Positions 63,665 to 64,000 of a stretch of DNA of 64,000 nucleotides are shown piece after piece. A program made the translations under genes and the position numbers. Source of the stretch: Candidatus Pacearchaeota archaeon (lineage in GTDB: Archaea > Nanobdellota > Nanobdellia > UBA10117 > JABICX01); the NCBI GenBank assembly GCA_017608025.1, contig JAFCGM010000001.1, positions 3,910 through 67,909 of the forward strand, given 5' to 3'. The notes under the pieces are model-generated. The model saw only the letters and a program-made list of their open reading frames with translations, was not told the DNA's origin and did no database searches. The first letter of the stretch is position 1. Every line of letters starts with the position of its first letter.

Positions 63665-64000
63665 CTAATTTAGAAATCCTAGTGATTCATCAATTCTTCC
63701 GATTTCAATTCCTGAACTTAAACTTCCAACCAAGAAGCCGTTTGAGTTTGCAATTACTCCTGCGCCGAGAAACGGGGAACCCATATTTACTGTTCCAAGG
63801 CCGAGCTCAAAATTAGTTTTCTTTTCAATTTTCTTTATGTCTTTTTCCTGAGTTGAAGGGCTTATTATTCCACCAGAGTTTGTCAGAATTCCTGAAGAGC
63901 CGGGAACTGCCTTATTGATTGATGCAAGTGTTATTGGATTTTTTATTCCGAGTTTTCTTGACAAATGCTTTTTTTCTTCTGGTGAGAATTCATTGCTAAA
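63665..64000 (-). CDS. eif6: translation initiation factor aIF6 (C-terminal part; 5-prime end beyond window)
   Basis: The frame stays open to the window edge (...FSNEFSPEEKKHLSRKLGIKN...GSPFLGAGVIANSNGFLVG...). Repeated pseudo-symmetric aIF6 pattern. Confidence 0.7.
   Translation of the reverse strand, partial: FSNEFSPEEKKHLSRKLGIKNPITLASINKAVPGSSGILTNSGGIISPSTQEKDIKKIEKKTNFELGLGTVNMGSPFLGAGVIANSNGFLVGSLSSGIEIGRIDESLGFLN

Overview
AT-rich archaeal chromosome segment. The compact gene style and gene content look like a small-genome DPANN-type archaeon (Woese-/Pace-/Nanoarchaeota-like); that assignment is inference only. Most of the window is core information processing: MCM, an RPA-like OB-fold protein, aIF2-beta, TBP, IleRS, RFC small and large subunits, SRP RNA, tRNA-Phe, tRNA-Gln, FtsZ, SecE-Spt5-L11, an inverted L1-L10-P1 block, Kae1, deoxyhypusine synthase, S27ae-S24e-Spt4-Rpo7, L21e-Rpo4-DUF655, and SRP54-FtsY-prefoldin alpha-aIF6. 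Two things stand out. (1) A roughly 15 kb surface-polymer or lipid head-group cluster (4978-19813) is built around a phosphonate core: PEP mutase, phosphonopyruvate decarboxylase and an Fe-alcohol dehydrogenase. It also carries four nucleotidyltransferase domains, a CDP-alcohol phosphatidyltransferase, a GT4 glycosyltransferase, a GalE-like epimerase, and a 1270-aa kinase / class II aldolase / Rpe-type epimerase fusion that I do not recognise as a described architecture. (2) Small non-coding inserts recur at the 3-prime ends of genes and RNA genes: kae1, dhs, L11, and more degenerately ftsZ, tRNA-Gln, tRNA-Phe and SRP RNA. They are built from shuffled palindromic T5/A5 modules and GC-rich hairpin modules, and each is flanked by a direct duplication of the terminal 22-51 nt of the gene it abuts. 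These inserts coincide with breaks in the conserved ftsZ-secE-nusG-L11-L1-L10-L12 gene order. Smaller items: a gene-decay zone at 2769-4263, several interrupted secreted-protein genes, a tandem segmental duplication of a zinc-ribbon gene, and a GIDF-type C-terminal peptide shared by FtsZ and the protein encoded just downstream. No rRNA, CRISPR array, transposase or integrase gene was recognised.
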